The notes below the pieces were generated by a model. It was not told the DNA's origin. It did not search any database and saw only the letters and a program-made list of their open reading frames with translations. Shown piece after piece: positions 13,635-29,987 of a DNA stretch of 64,000 nucleotides; within the stretch, counting starts at the first letter, position 1; each line of letters opens with the position of its first letter. The translations under genes and the position numbers were made by a program. Source of the DNA: Escherichia coli (GTDB lineage: Bacteria; Pseudomonadota; Gammaproteobacteria; Enterobacterales; Enterobacteriaceae); assembly GCF_003790525.1 (NCBI RefSeq), contig NZ_CP033635.1. One strand, 5' to 3'.

Positions 13635-14596
13635 ATAATCCCGGCCTGATAGAAATCCTGCAGGTTAATTGCGCCGGTGAGTTTGCCGTTTTCATCCACT
13701 ACCGGTGCGGCGGTGATTTTGCGTTTCATCAGGATTTCTTTGGCGTCGATGGCACGGCTTTGCGATTGCAACGTGGTGCCGCCGACCGTCATCGCTTCAT
13801 TGACTGGCGTGGTGAGTGCGCCGCCGCCAACCAGCCAGCGACGTAAATCACCGTCGGTAAAGACGCCTTGTACCTGTTGCTGAGCGTCACATACCGCCAC
13901 CAGCCCCAGACCGGTGCGGCTGAGTTCCAGCATCGCATCCATCACGCTGGCGGTTAACGCTACCTGCGGAATAGCGTCATCACGGCGCATCAGATGATGC
14001 ACTTTATTCAGCAAGCGAGCGCCCAGTGCCCCGGCTGGGTGGGAGCGGGCAAAATCTTCTTCATTAAAACCACGCGCCTGCATGACTGCCATCGCCAACG
14101 CGTCGCCCATCATCAGGGTATTCACGGTGCTGGAGGTCGGCGCAAGATGCATCGGGCAGGCTTCGCGTTCTACGGAGATATCCAGCACCGCTTTCGCCGC
14201 CAGGCCCAGCGGTGACGTCGGTTTGCCGGTCATCGCCAGCAGCGCGATAGATTTATCTTCCAGACGCGGAATAATCAGATCCAGTTCCTTCGCGCCACCG
14301 GAGTAAGAGATAAACAGCATCACATCGCGGCTTTCGATCATCCCCAGGTCGCCGTGCAATGCCTCTGCCGGATGGACAAAAAAGGCAGGAGTGCCGGTGC
14401 TGGCAAGCGTTGCGGCGATTTTCTTACCAATGTGGCCCGATTTGCCAATTCCCGAAACCACCACTTTGCCTTCGCAGTGCAGGATGATATTGGCGGCGCG
14501 AACAAAATCATCGCCCAGACGTTCCGGTAAACGGCTTGCTTCCTGTAACTCCAGCATTAACGTCTGACGTCCCGCGTTCAGTAGTGCTTCACTCAT
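13631..14596 (-). CDS. gutQ: Arabinose-5-phosphate isomerase GutQ (SIS plus CBS domains)
   Basis: 321-aa ORF; sequence and position downstream of srlR match recalled GutQ. Confidence 0.9.
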   Translation of the reverse strand: MSEALLNAGRQTLMLELQEASRLPERLGDDFVRAANIILHCEGKVVVSGIGKSGHIGKKIAATLASTGTPAFFVHPAEALHGDLGMIESRDVMLFISYSGGAKELDLIIPRLEDKSIALLAMTGKPTSPLGLAAKAVLDISVEREACPMHLAPTSSTVNTLMMGDALAMAVMQARGFNEEDFARSHPAGALGARLLNKVHHLMRRDDAIPQVALTASVMDAMLELSRTGLGLVAVCDAQQQVQGVFTDGDLRRWLVGGGALTTPVNEAMTVGGTTLQSQSRAIDAKEILMKRKITAAPVVDENGKLTGAINLQDFYQAGII

Positions 14597-15362
14597 TGCT
14601 CTCTCCGGTTATGATCACATCGATCCCTTTCTTTTCCAGCGCCTGACGAAACGCCGGATCGATACCTACGTCGGTAATTAGCTTATCGACGCTTTCAAGA
14701 CTACAAACCACGTTGGGGCTTTTACGACCAAACTTCGATGAGTCAGCCATCAAAATCACTTCGCGCGCGGCATTACACATCGCCTTACTGACGGTATAGA
14801 CCTCGTTGAAGGTGGTTACGCCCGCATTGAGATCGATGCCGTCGGTGCCCATAAACAATTTATCGAAGGTGAAATGCTCGAAGGCATTCTCTGCCAGTTG
14901 CCCGTGAAATGAGGCCGATTTTTTACGAAATGTTCCGCCTGGCATCAGGATAGTTTGTTCGTTATCCAGTTCGGATAGCGCATTGACGATATGCAGGCTG
15001 TTGGTCATCACTGTGATGTTATTAAAGCGCGAGAGCAGGGGAACCATCTGCAAAACGGTACTGCCAGCATCAAGAATGATCGAATCGCCATCATGGATAA
15101 AACTAACGGCAGCTTCTGCAATCAGCTCTTTCTTGTGGGTGTTGATGAGTGTTTTATGATCGATAGGCGGATCGGATTCCTCTTTATTCAACACCACTCC
15201 GCCATAAGTACGAATGACGGTTCCGGCATGTTCCAGAATGACCAGATCTTTGCGAATGGTTGTTCCTGTGGTGTCAAAGTATTGCGCCAATTCTTCAACC
15301 GAGCATTTACCCTGCTTTTGCAGATACTCCAGAATGGCGGCCTGACGCTGACGAGGTTTCAT
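14589..15362 (-). CDS. srlR: DeoR-family glucitol operon repressor SrlR
   Basis: 257-aa ORF beginning [29 protein letters not shown] (DeoR HTH). Confidence 0.9.
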   Translation of the reverse strand: MKPRQRQAAILEYLQKQGKCSVEELAQYFDTTGTTIRKDLVILEHAGTVIRTYGGVVLNKEESDPPIDHKTLINTHKKELIAEAAVSFIHDGDSIILDAGSTVLQMVPLLSRFNNITVMTNSLHIVNALSELDNEQTILMPGGTFRKKSASFHGQLAENAFEHFTFDKLFMGTDGIDLNAGVTTFNEVYTVSKAMCNAAREVILMADSSKFGRKSPNVVCSLESVDKLITDVGIDPAFRQALEKKGIDVIITGESNE

Positions 15363-15428
15363 GGGCGTGATTACCTGATTTAGGTTTCAAAATGATAACT
15401 TCGCAAGCAAGTAACATTCACAACGAAA

Positions 15429-15788
15429 TTATCCACGTTTCAGTTTAAGCGCCAATGATAGAGCATTCTGTGATAGTGGATCATGGGGAAAGATCACATC
15501 GGGCTGTAAATCACCCGCATGCATACCGGTAATTGCGGGAATTTTTTGCGGTCGGGCGAAGACGGTCAGTCCTTTCATAAACAAGGTGTCGACGATGCGC
15601 TGCTGATCGTCCAGGGCGATGGCGACCACGACCCGCGGTTTAAAGCGCCCGCTGGAACGGCCCACGCCAACCCGCCCTTGCTGGCATAGTGTGTCGAAGG
15701 CACGGTTAAAACGAGAAATTTGCCAGCCGCCTAAAGCCAGTTGCGCACACCAGGCGATAACGGCGACGGTGATGAGTGCGGATACCAT
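15429..15788 (-). CDS. gutM: Glucitol operon activator GutM
   Basis: 119-aa ORF between srlD and srlR, matching the recalled length. Confidence 0.85.
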   Translation of the reverse strand: MVSALITVAVIAWCAQLALGGWQISRFNRAFDTLCQQGRVGVGRSSGRFKPRVVVAIALDDQQRIVDTLFMKGLTVFARPQKIPAITGMHAGDLQPDVIFPHDPLSQNALSLALKLKRG

Positions 15789-15814
15789 AACTTCTCCGTA
15801 ATGTAGTGGCGGAA

Positions 15815-15850
15815 GTCCTGTAGGCCTGATAAGCGTAGCGCATCAGGCAT
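15815..15850. repeat. REP element
   Basis: gtaggcctgataagcgtagcgcatcaggc, the canonical REP consensus. Confidence 0.7.
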
Positions 15851-15862
15851 TCTATTAGTCGC

Positions 15863-15887
15863 GCGGAGATCCTTAAAAGATCTCCGC
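15863..15887. other. Perfect 9-bp-stem hairpin downstream of srlD
   Basis: gcggagatc-cttaaaa-gatctccgc; no adjacent U-run, so a structural or attenuator role is uncertain. Confidence 0.35.
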
Positions 15888-15893
15888 TGTTGA

Positions 15894-17048
<1,155 letters not shown>

Positions 17049-17058
17049 GTTTCAGCCT

Positions 17059-18596
<1,538 letters not shown>

Positions 18597-18834
18597 TTAT
18601 TGTTTTATTACCAAACGGCAATCTAATCTAATCAGATTGAAAGATTTAAAAGTGTTATTTTGATCGCAAAATGAAAGATAAATATTTTATTTTGAAAGTT
18701 TATATAAAGAAGGTAGTGAGGAGAATGAGTTGAGTTATGTAAAGTCCGTATCGGGCAGTGACTACCGCTTCCTTGTGCGGGGCGGGATGCTTTACCATAC
18801 TTGCCCCTGGTTGAATCTGTTAAATGGACCCCTC

Positions 18835-19920
18835 ATGTTCAAGCGTCGTTATGTAACATTGCTTCCCCTTTTTGTGTTGCTTGCCGCCTGTAGCAGCAAG
18901 CCAAAACCTACTGAGACTGAAACGACCACCGGAACGCCGTCTGGCGGCTTCCTGCTTGAGCCGCAGCACAATGTGATGCAGATGGGCGGTGACTTCGCCA
19001 ATAACCCGAATGCCCAGCAGTTCATCGACAAAATGGTGAACAAACACGGTTTCAATCGTCAGCAGTTGCAGGAAATTCTCTCCCAGGCGAAACGTCTGGA
19101 TTCGGTACTGCGGCTGATGGATAACCAGGCACCAACCACATCGGTGAAACCGCCATCAGGTCCGAACGGCGCATGGCTGCGTTATCGCAAAAAATTTATT
19201 ACGCCGGACAACGTGCAGAATGGTGTGGTTTTCTGGAATCAGTATGAAGATGCGTTGAATCGCGCGTGGCAGGTGTATGGCGTACCGCCGGAAATTATCG
19301 TCGGGATTATCGGCGTTGAAACCCGTTGGGGGCGCGTGATGGGGAAAACCCGTATCCTCGATGCGCTGGCAACGCTGTCATTTAACTACCCACGCCGCGC
19401 GGAATATTTCTCTGGCGAGCTGGAAACCTTCCTGTTAATGGCGCGCGACGAGCAGGACGATCCGCTCAATCTGAAAGGTTCCTTTGCCGGGGCGATGGGC
19501 TACGGACAGTTTATGCCGTCGTCTTACAAACAATATGCGGTAGATTTCAGCGGCGACGGGCATATCAACCTGTGGGATCCGGTTGATGCCATTGGTAGTG
19601 TGGCGAACTATTTCAAAGCGCACGGCTGGGTGAAAGGTGATCAGGTTGCGGTAATGGCAAACGGTCAGGCTCCAGGCTTGCCAAATGGCTTCAAAACCAA
19701 GTACAGCATTTCGCAGCTTGCCGCGGCAGGTTTAACGCCACAGCAGCCGCTGGGCAACCATCAACAAGCCAGCCTGCTGCGTCTGGATGTTGGAACAGGT
19801 TACCAGTACTGGTACGGTCTGCCGAACTTCTACACCATTACCCGTTATAACCACAGCACCCATTACGCAATGGCGGTCTGGCAGTTAGGACAAGCCGTGG
19901 CGCTGGCGCGCGTGCAGTAA
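18835..19920 (+). CDS. mltB: Membrane-bound lytic murein transglycosylase B (lipoprotein)
   Basis: 361 aa from ATG 18835 (MFKRRYVTLLPLFVLLAACSS, lipobox LAAC); the track ORF starts at an upstream non-ATG codon. Confidence 0.85.
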   Translation: MFKRRYVTLLPLFVLLAACSSKPKPTETETTTGTPSGGFLLEPQHNVMQMGGDFANNPNAQQFIDKMVNKHGFNRQQLQEILSQAKRLDSVLRLMDNQAPTTSVKPPSGPNGAWLRYRKKFITPDNVQNGVVFWNQYEDALNRAWQVYGVPPEIIVGIIGVETRWGRVMGKTRILDALATLSFNYPRRAEYFSGELETFLLMARDEQDDPLNLKGSFAGAMGYGQFMPSSYKQYAVDFSGDGHINLWDPVDAIGSVANYFKAHGWVKGDQVAVMANGQAPGLPNGFKTKYSISQLAAAGLTPQQPLGNHQQASLLRLDVGTGYQYWYGLPNFYTITRYNHSTHYAMAVWQLGQAVALARVQ

Positions 19921-20064
19921 CTCTTTGCAAGAGGGGGGCGTGAGCTTCCCTCTGGCTAATCAGCTTTTTTCTGAATCCTCCTCGTAAAATTGCAACGCCA
20001 ACACCATCTTCCTGACGAAAGTGCTATCTTGTCCGGCATAAATTTTTGACTGACAGAGGTTGTG

Positions 20065-20538
20065 ATGACTGACAGTGAACTGATGCAGTTAAGCGAACAG
20101 GTTGGGCAGGCGCTGAAAGCCCGTGGCGCAACCGTAACAACTGCTGAGTCTTGTACCGGTGGTTGGGTAGCGAAAGTGATTACCGATATTGCCGGTAGCT
20201 CCGCCTGGTTTGAACGCGGATTTGTCACCTACAGTAACGAAGCCAAAGCGCAAATGATCGGCGTACGTGAAGAGACGCTGGCGCAGCATGGCGCGGTGAG
20301 TGAACCCGTCGTGGTGGAAATGGCGATAGGCGCACTGAAAGCGGCTCGTGCTGATTATGCCGTGTCTATTAGTGGTATCGCCGGGCCGGATGGCGGCAGT
20401 GAAGAGAAGCCTGTCGGCACCGTCTGGTTTGCTTTTGCCACCGCCCGCGGCGAAGGTATTACCCGCCGGGAATGCTTCAGCGGTGACCGTGATGCGGTGC
20501 GTCGTCAGGCTACTGCGTATGCATTGCAGACCTTGTGA
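20065..20538 (+). CDS. pncC: NMN amidohydrolase PncC (CinA-like); ends at a TGA where K-12 is recalled to read on for 8 more codons
   Basis: ATG 20065 with AGAGG Shine-Dalgarno. Reading through the TGA at 20536 gives WQQFLQNT then stop, which would restore the recalled 165-aa length. Confidence 0.8.
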   Translation: MTDSELMQLSEQVGQALKARGATVTTAESCTGGWVAKVITDIAGSSAWFERGFVTYSNEAKAQMIGVREETLAQHGAVSEPVVVEMAIGALKAARADYAVSISGIAGPDGGSEEKPVGTVWFAFATARGEGITRRECFSGDRDAVRRQATAYALQTL

Positions 20539-20558
20539 CAACAATTTCTACAAAACAC

Positions 20559-21703
<1,145 letters not shown>

Positions 21704-21723
21704 TCGTCTTGTTTGATACACAA

Positions 21724-21753
21724 GGGTCGCATCTGCGGCCCTTTTGCTTTTTT
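21724..21753 (+). terminator. Rho-independent terminator after recA (partial; recX reads through)
   Basis: gggtcgcatctgcggccc stem-loop followed by ttttgctttttt. Confidence 0.7.
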
Positions 21754-21771
21754 AAGTTGTAAGGATATGCC

Positions 21772-22272
21772 ATGACAGAATCAACATCCCTTCGCCCGGC
21801 ATATGCTCGCCTGTTGGATCGTGCGGTACGCATTCTGGCGGTGCGCGATCACAGTGAGCAAGAACTGCGACGTAAACTCGCGGCACCGATTATGGGCAAA
21901 AATGGCCCGGAAGAGATTGATGCCACGGCAGAAGATTACGAGCGCGTTATTGCCTGGTGCCATGAACATGGCTATCTTGATGACAGCCGATTTGTTGCGC
22001 GCTTTATCGCCAGCCGTAGCCGCAAAGGTTATGGACCTGCGCGTATTCGTCAGGAACTGAATCAGAAAGGTATTTCCCGCGAAGCGACAGAAAAAGCGAT
22101 GCGTGAATGTGACATCGACTGGTGCGCACTGGCGCGCGATCAGGCGACGCGAAAATATGGCGAACCTTTGCCAACTGTCTTTTCAGAAAAAGTTAAGATC
22201 CAGCGTTTTCTGCTCTATCGTGGCTATCTGATGGAAGATATCCAGGATATTTGGCGAAATTTTGCCGACTGA
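21772..22272 (+). CDS. recX: RecA regulator RecX
   Basis: 166-aa ORF immediately downstream of recA. Confidence 0.9.
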   Translation: MTESTSLRPAYARLLDRAVRILAVRDHSEQELRRKLAAPIMGKNGPEEIDATAEDYERVIAWCHEHGYLDDSRFVARFIASRSRKGYGPARIRQELNQKGISREATEKAMRECDIDWCALARDQATRKYGEPLPTVFSEKVKIQRFLLYRGYLMEDIQDIWRNFAD

Positions 22273-22400
22273 ACGCATACGGTATTTTACTTCCCAGTCA
22301 AGAAAACTTATCTTATTCCCACTTTTCAGTTACCAGCCGGGCGGTTAACGACACGCAACGGCTGGTGGCGATATTTCGTTAGCTTGATTTCAGGATAATT

Positions 22401-25031
22401 ATGAGCAAGAGCACCGCTGAGATCCGTCAGGCGTTTCTCGACTTTTTCCATAGTAAGGGACATCAGGTAGTTGCCAGCAGCTCCCTGGTACCCCATAACG
22501 ACCCAACTTTGTTGTTTACCAACGCCGGGATGAACCAGTTCAAGGATGTGTTCCTTGGGCTCGACAAGCGTAATTATTCCCGCGCTACCACTTCCCAACG
22601 CTGCGTGCGTGCGGGTGGTAAACACAACGACCTGGAAAACGTCGGTTACACCGCGCGTCACCATACCTTCTTCGAAATGCTGGGCAACTTCAGCTTCGGC
22701 GACTATTTCAAACACGATGCCATTCAGTTTGCATGGGAACTGCTGACCAGCGAAAAATGGTTTGCCCTGCCGAAAGAGCGTCTGTGGGTTACCGTCTATG
22801 AAAGCGACGACGAAGCCTACGAAATCTGGGAAAAAGAAGTAGGGATCCCGCGCGAACGTATTATTCGCATCGGCGATAACAAAGGTGCGCCATACGCATC
22901 TGACAACTTCTGGCAGATGGGTGACACTGGTCCGTGCGGCCCGTGCACCGAAATCTTCTACGATCACGGCGACCACATTTGGGGTGGCCCTCCGGGAAGT
23001 CCGGAAGAAGACGGCGACCGCTACATTGAGATCTGGAACATCGTCTTCATGCAGTTCAACCGCCAGGCCGATGGCACGATGGAACCGCTGCCGAAGCCGT
23101 CTGTAGATACCGGTATGGGTCTGGAGCGTATTGCTGCGGTGCTGCAACACGTTAACTCTAACTATGACATCGACTTGTTCCGCACGCTGATCCAGGCGGT
23201 AGCGAAAGTCACTGGCGCAACCGATCTGAGCAATAAATCGCTGCGCGTAATCGCTGACCACATTCGTTCTTGTGCGTTCCTGATCGCGGATGGCGTAATG
23301 CCGTCCAACGAAAACCGTGGTTATGTACTGCGTCGTATCATTCGTCGCGCAGTGCGTCACGGTAATATGCTCGGCGCGAAAGAAACCTTTTTCTACAAAC
23401 TGGTTGGTCCGCTGATCGACGTTATGGGCTCTGCGGGTGAAGACCTGAAACGCCAGCAGGCGCAGGTTGAGCAGGTGCTGAAGACTGAAGAAGAGCAGTT
23501 TGCTCGTACTCTGGAGCGCGGTCTGGCGTTGCTGGATGAAGAGCTGGCAAAACTTTCTGGTGATACGCTGGATGGTGAAACTGCTTTCCGTCTGTACGAC
23601 ACCTATGGCTTCCCGGTTGACCTGACGGCTGATGTTTGTCGTGAGCGCAACATCAAAGTTGACGAAGCTGGATTTGAAGCAGCAATGGAAGAGCAGCGTC
23701 GTCGTGCGCGCGAAGCCAGCGGCTTTGGTGCCGATTACAACGCAATGATCCGTGTTGACAGTGCATCTGAATTTAAAGGCTATGACCATCTGGAACTGAA
23801 CGGCAAAGTGACCGCGCTGTTTGTTGATGGTAAAGCGGTTGATGCCATCAATGCAGGCCAGGAAGCTGTGGTCGTGCTGGATCAAACGCCATTCTATGCG
23901 GAATCCGGCGGTCAGGTTGGTGATAAAGGCGAACTGAAAGGCGCTAACTTCTCCTTTGCGGTGGAAGATACTCAGAAATACGGCCAGGCGATTGGTCACA
24001 TCGGTAAACTTGCTACGGGTTCTCTGAAAGTGGGCGACGCGGTGCAGGCTGATGTTGATGAGGCTCGTCGCGCCCGTATTCGTCTGAATCACTCCGCAAC
24101 GCACCTGATGCACGCTGCGCTGCGCCAGGTTCTGGGTACTCATGTATCGCAGAAAGGTTCACTGGTTAACGACAAAGTGCTGCGCTTCGACTTCTCACAC
24201 AACGAAGCGATGAAACCAGAAGAGATTCGTGCGGTCGAAGACCTGGTGAACGCACAGATTCGCCGTAACTTGCCGATCGAAACCAACATCATGGATCTCG
24301 AAGCGGCGAAAGCGAAAGGTGCGATGGCGCTGTTTGGCGAGAAGTATGATGAGCGCGTACGCGTGCTGAGCATGGGTGATTTCTCCACCGAGTTGTGTGG
24401 CGGTACTCACGCCAGCCGCACTGGTGATATTGGTCTGTTCCGCATCATCTCTGAATCGGGTACTGCTGCAGGCGTTCGTCGTATCGAAGCGGTAACCGGA
24501 GAAGGCGCTATCGCCACCGTTCATGCAGACAGTGATCGCTTAAGCGAAGTCGCGCATCTGCTGAAAGGCGATAGCAATAATCTGGCTGATAAAGTGCGTT
24601 CAGTACTGGAACGTACGCGTCAGTTGGAAAAAGAGTTACAACAGCTTAAAGAACAAGCTGCCGCACAGGAGAGCGCAAATCTTTCCAGTAAGGCAATTGA
24701 TGTTAATGGTGTTAAGCTGTTGGTTAGCGAGCTTAGCGGTGTTGAGCCGAAAATGTTGCGTACCATGGTTGACGATTTAAAAAATCAGCTGGGGTCGACA
24801 ATTATCGTGCTGGCAACGGTAGCCGAAGGTAAGGTTTCTCTGATTGCAGGCGTATCTAAGGACGTCACAGATCGTGTGAAAGCAGGGGAGCTGATTGGTA
24901 TGGTCGCTCAGCAGGTGGGCGGCAAGGGTGGTGGACGTCCTGACATGGCGCAAGCCGGTGGTACGGATGCTGCGGCCTTACCTGCAGCGTTAGCCAGTGT
25001 GAAAGGCTGGGTCAGCGCGAAATTGCAATAA
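22401..25031 (+). CDS. alaS: Alanine--tRNA ligase AlaS
   Basis: 876-aa ORF beginning [24 protein letters not shown]; class II aaRS with C-terminal editing region. Confidence 0.95.
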   Translation: MSKSTAEIRQAFLDFFHSKGHQVVASSSLVPHNDPTLLFTNAGMNQFKDVFLGLDKRNYSRATTSQRCVRAGGKHNDLENVGYTARHHTFFEMLGNFSFGDYFKHDAIQFAWELLTSEKWFALPKERLWVTVYESDDEAYEIWEKEVGIPRERIIRIGDNKGAPYASDNFWQMGDTGPCGPCTEIFYDHGDHIWGGPPGSPEEDGDRYIEIWNIVFMQFNRQADGTMEPLPKPSVDTGMGLERIAAVLQHVNSNYDIDLFRTLIQAVAKVTGATDLSNKSLRVIADHIRSCAFLIADGVMPSNENRGYVLRRIIRRAVRHGNMLGAKETFFYKLVGPLIDVMGSAGEDLKRQQAQVEQVLKTEEEQFARTLERGLALLDEELAKLSGDTLDGETAFRLYDTYGFPVDLTADVCRERNIKVDEAGFEAAMEEQRRRAREASGFGADYNAMIRVDSASEFKGYDHLELNGKVTALFVDGKAVDAINAGQEAVVVLDQTPFYAESGGQVGDKGELKGANFSFAVEDTQKYGQAIGHIGKLATGSLKVGDAVQADVDEARRARIRLNHSATHLMHAALRQVLGTHVSQKGSLVNDKVLRFDFSHNEAMKPEEIRAVEDLVNAQIRRNLPIETNIMDLEAAKAKGAMALFGEKYDERVRVLSMGDFSTELCGGTHASRTGDIGLFRIISESGTAAGVRRIEAVTGEGAIATVHADSDRLSEVAHLLKGDSNNLADKVRSVLERTRQLEKELQQLKEQAAAQESANLSSKAIDVNGVKLLVSELSGVEPKMLRTMVDDLKNQLGSTIIVLATVAEGKVSLIAGVSKDVTDRVKAGELIGMVAQQVGGKGGGRPDMAQAGGTDAAALPAALASVKGWVSAKLQ

Positions 25032-25265
25032 TATAAGCGTCAGGCAATGCCGTGGACTCGCTTCACGGCATTCGCATTAACGCTATCGACAACGATAAAG
25101 TCAGGTTGAAGTTGTGTATATCGGCTAAACTTAGGTTTAACAGAATGTAATGCCATGACTGCTTAGATGTAATGTGTTTGTCATTGCTTACTTTTTGGCG
25201 TTATATGATGGATAATGCCGGGATACAGAGAGACCCGACTCTTTTAATCTTTCAAGGAGCAAAGA

Positions 25266-25451
25266 ATGCTGATTCTGACTCGTCGAGTTGGTGAGACCCT
25301 CATGATTGGGGATGAGGTCACCGTGACAGTTTTAGGGGTAAAGGGCAACCAGGTACGTATTGGCGTAAATGCCCCGAAGGAAGTTTCTGTTCACCGTGAA
25401 GAGATCTACCAGCGTATCCAGGCTGAAAAATCCCAGCAGTCCAGTTACTAA
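25266..25451 (+). CDS. csrA: Carbon storage regulator CsrA
   Basis: 61-aa [64 protein letters not shown], matching CsrA. Confidence 0.95.
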
Positions 25452-25676
25452 TCTTTCCGCGTCTCATCTTTATCGGTGAGACGCACCCTCAAAATTTCTC
25501 TTTCACTCCATTGTCTTTTCGCTTTACTCCCGTTCATTCAACTTAAGTCTCCATTTTTTTGCATTACTGCTATCTGTCAGACCTCCGTTTTTCTGTTGAT
25601 AAAACACTCTTTTTGACGTTTTTACAGACTAATTGAGCGTGAAGTGTGCAAACGATAAAAGTGTGGGAAAAATTGT

Positions 25677-25704
25677 TTGACTTATAAGTCTCAGAAAGTA
25701 ATAT
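25677..25704 (+). promoter_or_regulatory. Candidate promoter for the serV-arg tRNA operon
   Basis: TTGACT, 16-nt spacer, TAATAT, then a GC-rich discriminator (gtgcgcc); about 60 nt upstream of serV. Confidence 0.4.
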
Positions 25705-25766
25705 GTGCGCCACGCAGCGACGATGAGCGATAAACAAGTTCTTCGAAGCACTCGTAAGAGGCGTGT

Positions 25767-25859
25767 GGTGAGGTGGCCGAGAGGCTGAAGGCGCTCCCCT
25801 GCTAAGGGAGTATGCGGTCAAAAGCTGCATCCGGGGTTCGAATCCCCGCCTCACCGCCA
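25767..25859 (+). tRNA. serV: tRNA-Ser (anticodon GCU)
   Basis: 93-nt cloverleaf with long variable arm, GCT anticodon and CCA end; begins GGTGAGGTGGCCGAGAGG. Confidence 0.9.
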
Positions 25860-25862
25860 TTT

Positions 25863-25939
25863 GCATCCGTAGCTCAGCTGGATAGAGTACTCGGCTACGA
25901 ACCGAGCGGTCGGAGGTTCGAATCCTCCCGGATGCACCA
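25863..25939 (+). tRNA. argV: tRNA-Arg (anticodon ACG), copy 1
   Basis: GCATCCGTAGCTCAGCTGGATAGAGTACTCGGCTACGAACCGAGCGGTCGGAGGTTCGAATCCTCCCGGATGCACCA, 77 nt. Confidence 0.9.
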
Positions 25940-26003
25940 TCTCTTACTTGATACGGCTTTAGTAGCGGTATCAAAAAATCTGCAGTAAAGTAAGTTTCCC
26001 GAT

Positions 26004-26080
26004 GCATCCGTAGCTCAGCTGGATAGAGTACTCGGCTACGAACCGAGCGGTCGGAGGTTCGAATCCTCCCGGATGCACCA
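26004..26080 (+). tRNA. argY: tRNA-Arg (ACG), copy 2
   Basis: Identical 77-nt tRNA-Arg sequence. Confidence 0.9.
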
Positions 26081-26142
26081 TCTCTTACTTGATATAGCTT
26101 TAGTGGCGGTATCAATATCAGCAGTAAAATAAATTTCCCGAT

Positions 26143-26219
26143 GCATCCGTAGCTCAGCTGGATAGAGTACTCGGCTACGAACCGAGCGGTCGGAGGTTCG
26201 AATCCTCCCGGATGCACCA
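26143..26219 (+). tRNA. argZ: tRNA-Arg (ACG), copy 3
   Basis: Identical 77-nt tRNA-Arg sequence. Confidence 0.9.
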
Positions 26220-26282
26220 TCTCTTACTTGATATGGCTTTAGTAGCGGTATCAATATCAGCAATAAAATAAATTTTCCCGAT

Positions 26283-26359
26283 GCATCCGTAGCTCAGCTG
26301 GATAGAGTACTCGGCTACGAACCGAGCGGTCGGAGGTTCGAATCCTCCCGGATGCACCA
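26283..26359 (+). tRNA. argQ: tRNA-Arg (ACG), copy 4
   Basis: Identical 77-nt tRNA-Arg sequence; its 3' flank differs from copies 1-3. Confidence 0.9.
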
Positions 26360-26473
26360 TCTTCTCCGTAATCTTCAGCAATGAAGATATCGAAGAGGTA
26401 GCGGTATTAACCGCAGGCACCAGGGAGGATAACGCCGGCCAGCAACGGCCCGAAGGGCGAACGCCAGTGAGTC

Positions 26474-26499
26474 ATCCTCCCGGATGCACCATCTTCTCC
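26474..26499 (+). repeat. 26-bp direct repeat of the tRNA-Arg 3' end plus trailer
   Basis: atcctcccggatgcaccatcttctcc is identical to 26342-26367, the 3' end of copy 4 and its trailer. Confidence 0.7.
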
Positions 26500-26638
26500 A
26501 AAAAATTTCCTTCAAAAATATCTCATTTCTAAATAACTACTTTATCCATTTCCTGAATTTTCTTCTCCTTCGCCATCAGCGACAAAATCAAGCAATTACG
26601 CTAAAGTAGCGTCATATTTTTCGACTTGCGAGAAGACC

Positions 26639-27205
26639 ATGTACGAGCGTTATGCAGGTTTAATTTTTGATATGGATGGCACCATCCTGGATACCGAGCC
26701 TACGCACCGTAAAGCGTGGCGCGAAGTATTAGGGCACTACGGTCTTCAGTACGATGTTCAGGCGATGATTGCGCTTAATGGCTCGCCCACCTGGCGTATT
26801 GCTCAGGCAATTATTGAGCTGAATCAGGCCGATCTCGACCCGCATGCGTTAGCGCGTGAAAAAACAGAAGCAGTAAGAAGTATGCTGCTGGATAGTGTCG
26901 AGCCGCTTCCTCTTGTTGAAGTGGTGAAAAGTTGGCATGGTCGTCGCCCAATGGCTGTAGGAACGGGGAGTGAAAGCGCCATCGCTGAGGCATTGCTGGC
27001 GCACCTGGGATTACGCCGTTATTTTGACGCCGTCGTCGCTGCCGATCACGTCAAACACCATAAACCCGCGCCAGACACATTTTTGTTGTGCGCGCAGCGT
27101 ATGGGCGTGCAACCGACACAGTGTGTGGTCTTTGAAGATGCCGATTTCGGTATTCAGGCGGCCCGTGCAGCAGGCATGGACGCTGTGGATGTTCGCTTGC
27201 TGTGA
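26639..27205 (+). CDS. yqaB: HAD-family sugar phosphatase YqaB
   Basis: 188-aa ORF with the HAD motif I FDMDGT near the N-terminus. Confidence 0.9.
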   Translation: MYERYAGLIFDMDGTILDTEPTHRKAWREVLGHYGLQYDVQAMIALNGSPTWRIAQAIIELNQADLDPHALAREKTEAVRSMLLDSVEPLPLVEVVKSWHGRRPMAVGTGSESAIAEALLAHLGLRRYFDAVVAADHVKHHKPAPDTFLLCAQRMGVQPTQCVVFEDADFGIQAARAAGMDAVDVRLL

Positions 27206-27630
27206 GTGAAGCGTTATCGCTTTTCTCGTTGTTTGCCAGTAGTTTTCTCAGCGCTACACTATTACCCGGCAACTCCGAAGTCGTGCTGGTGGCAATGTTG
27301 CTTTCCGGGATCAGTCATCCCTGGGTTTTAGTTTTAACAGCAACAATGGGTAATAGCCTTGGAGGGTTAACTAACGTTATCCTTGGGCGTTTCTTTCCAT
27401 TGCGTAAAACATCGCGCTGGCAAGAGAAAGCTACCGGCTGGCTGAAACGCTATGGTGCAGTCACGCTATTATTAAGCTGGATGCCCGTGGTTGGCGATTT
27501 ACTGTGTCTGTTAGCGGGATGGATGCGCATCTCGTGGGGACCGGTAATCTTTTTTTTGTGCCTTGGTAAAGCGTTACGCTATGTTGCAGTTGCAGCAGCT
27601 ACCGTTCAGGGCATGATGTGGTGGCACTAA
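27202..27630 (+). CDS. yqaA: Inner membrane protein YqaA (DedA/SNARE-associated family)
   Basis: 142-aa hydrophobic ORF overlapping the yqaB stop. Confidence 0.85.
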   Translation: MSEALSLFSLFASSFLSATLLPGNSEVVLVAMLLSGISHPWVLVLTATMGNSLGGLTNVILGRFFPLRKTSRWQEKATGWLKRYGAVTLLLSWMPVVGDLLCLLAGWMRISWGPVIFFLCLGKALRYVAVAAATVQGMMWWH

Positions 27631-27675
27631 TTGTAGGCCTGCACATATGGTCACCATTACAGTTATGCTAATTAA

Positions 27676-29259
<1,584 letters not shown>

Positions 29260-29267
29260 CAGAAAAG

Positions 29268-29340
29268 AAAAAGGCCACTCGTGAGTGGCCAAAATTTCAT
29301 CTCTGAATTCAGGGATGATGATAACAAATGCGCGTCTTTC
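29268..29340 (-). ncRNA. micA: MicA (SraD) small regulatory RNA
   Basis: Minus-strand sequence GAAAGACGCGCATTTGTTATCATCATCCCTGAATTCAGAGATGAAATTTTGGCCACTCACGAGTGGCCTTTTT matches recalled MicA, including its terminator hairpin and U-run; it lies in the gshA-luxS intergenic region. Confidence 0.8.
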
Positions 29341-29408
29341 ATATACTCAGACTCGCCTGGGAAGAAAGAGTTCAGAAAATTTTTAAAAAAATTACCGGAG
29401 GTGGCTAA

Positions 29409-29924
29409 ATGCCGTTGTTAGATAGCTTCACAGTCGATCATACCCGGATGGAAGCGCCTGCAGTTCGGGTGGCGAAAACAATGAACACCCCGCATGGCGA
29501 CGCAATCACCGTGTTCGATCTGCGCTTCTGCGTGCCGAACAAAGAAGTGATGCCAGAAAGAGGGATCCATACCCTGGAGCACCTGTTTGCTGGTTTTATG
29601 CGTAACCATCTTAACGGTAATGGCGTAGAGATTATCGATATCTCGCCAATGGGCTGCCGCACCGGTTTTTATATGAGTCTGATTGGTACGCCAGATGAGC
29701 AGCGTGTCGCTGATGCCTGGAAAGCGGCAATGGAAGACGTGCTGAAAGTGCAGGATCAGAATCAGATCCCGGAACTGAACGTCTACCAGTGTGGCACTTA
29801 CCAGATGCACTCGTTGCAGGAAGCGCAGGATATTGCGCGTAACATTCTGGAACGTGACGTGCGCATCAACAGCAACGAAGAACTGGCGCTGCCGAAAGAG
29901 AAGTTGCAGGAACTGCACATCTAG
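29409..29924 (+). CDS. luxS: S-ribosylhomocysteine lyase LuxS
   Basis: 171-aa ORF beginning [23 protein letters not shown], with the HTLEHL metal-binding motif. Confidence 0.95.
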   Translation: MPLLDSFTVDHTRMEAPAVRVAKTMNTPHGDAITVFDLRFCVPNKEVMPERGIHTLEHLFAGFMRNHLNGNGVEIIDISPMGCRTGFYMSLIGTPDEQRVADAWKAAMEDVLKVQDQNQIPELNVYQCGTYQMHSLQEAQDIARNILERDVRINSNEELALPKEKLQELHI

Positions 29925-29954
29925 TCAGTAAACTATCTTCACAATTAATTGAAA

Positions 29955-29980
29955 AAAGCCAGTTCAAATGAACTGGCTTA
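29955..29980 (-). terminator. Terminator hairpin between convergent luxS and emrB
   Basis: agccagtt-caaatg-aactggct stem-loop; a T-run follows on the minus strand (emrB direction), and the plus-strand flank is U-rich. Confidence 0.6.
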
Positions 29981-29987
29981 GTTGTAC

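Noticed and set aside
22326-24143. 605-aa ORF on the minus strand
   Set aside because: Entirely antisense to alaS, whose product matches AlaRS end to end. The translation is low-complexity with no Shine-Dalgarno sequence; a shadow ORF.
25570-26220. 216-aa and overlapping 75/81-aa minus-strand ORFs with internally repeated peptide motifs
   Set aside because: They read through the tandem tRNA-Arg genes and spacers; the repetition is the tRNA array itself, not a repeat protein.
25863-26359. Regular array of near-identical units about 140 bp apart (possible CRISPR-like array)
   Set aside because: Each repeat is a complete 77-nt tRNA-Arg cloverleaf with a CCA end, and the spacers are near-identical to each other rather than unique; a tandem tRNA operon, not CRISPR.
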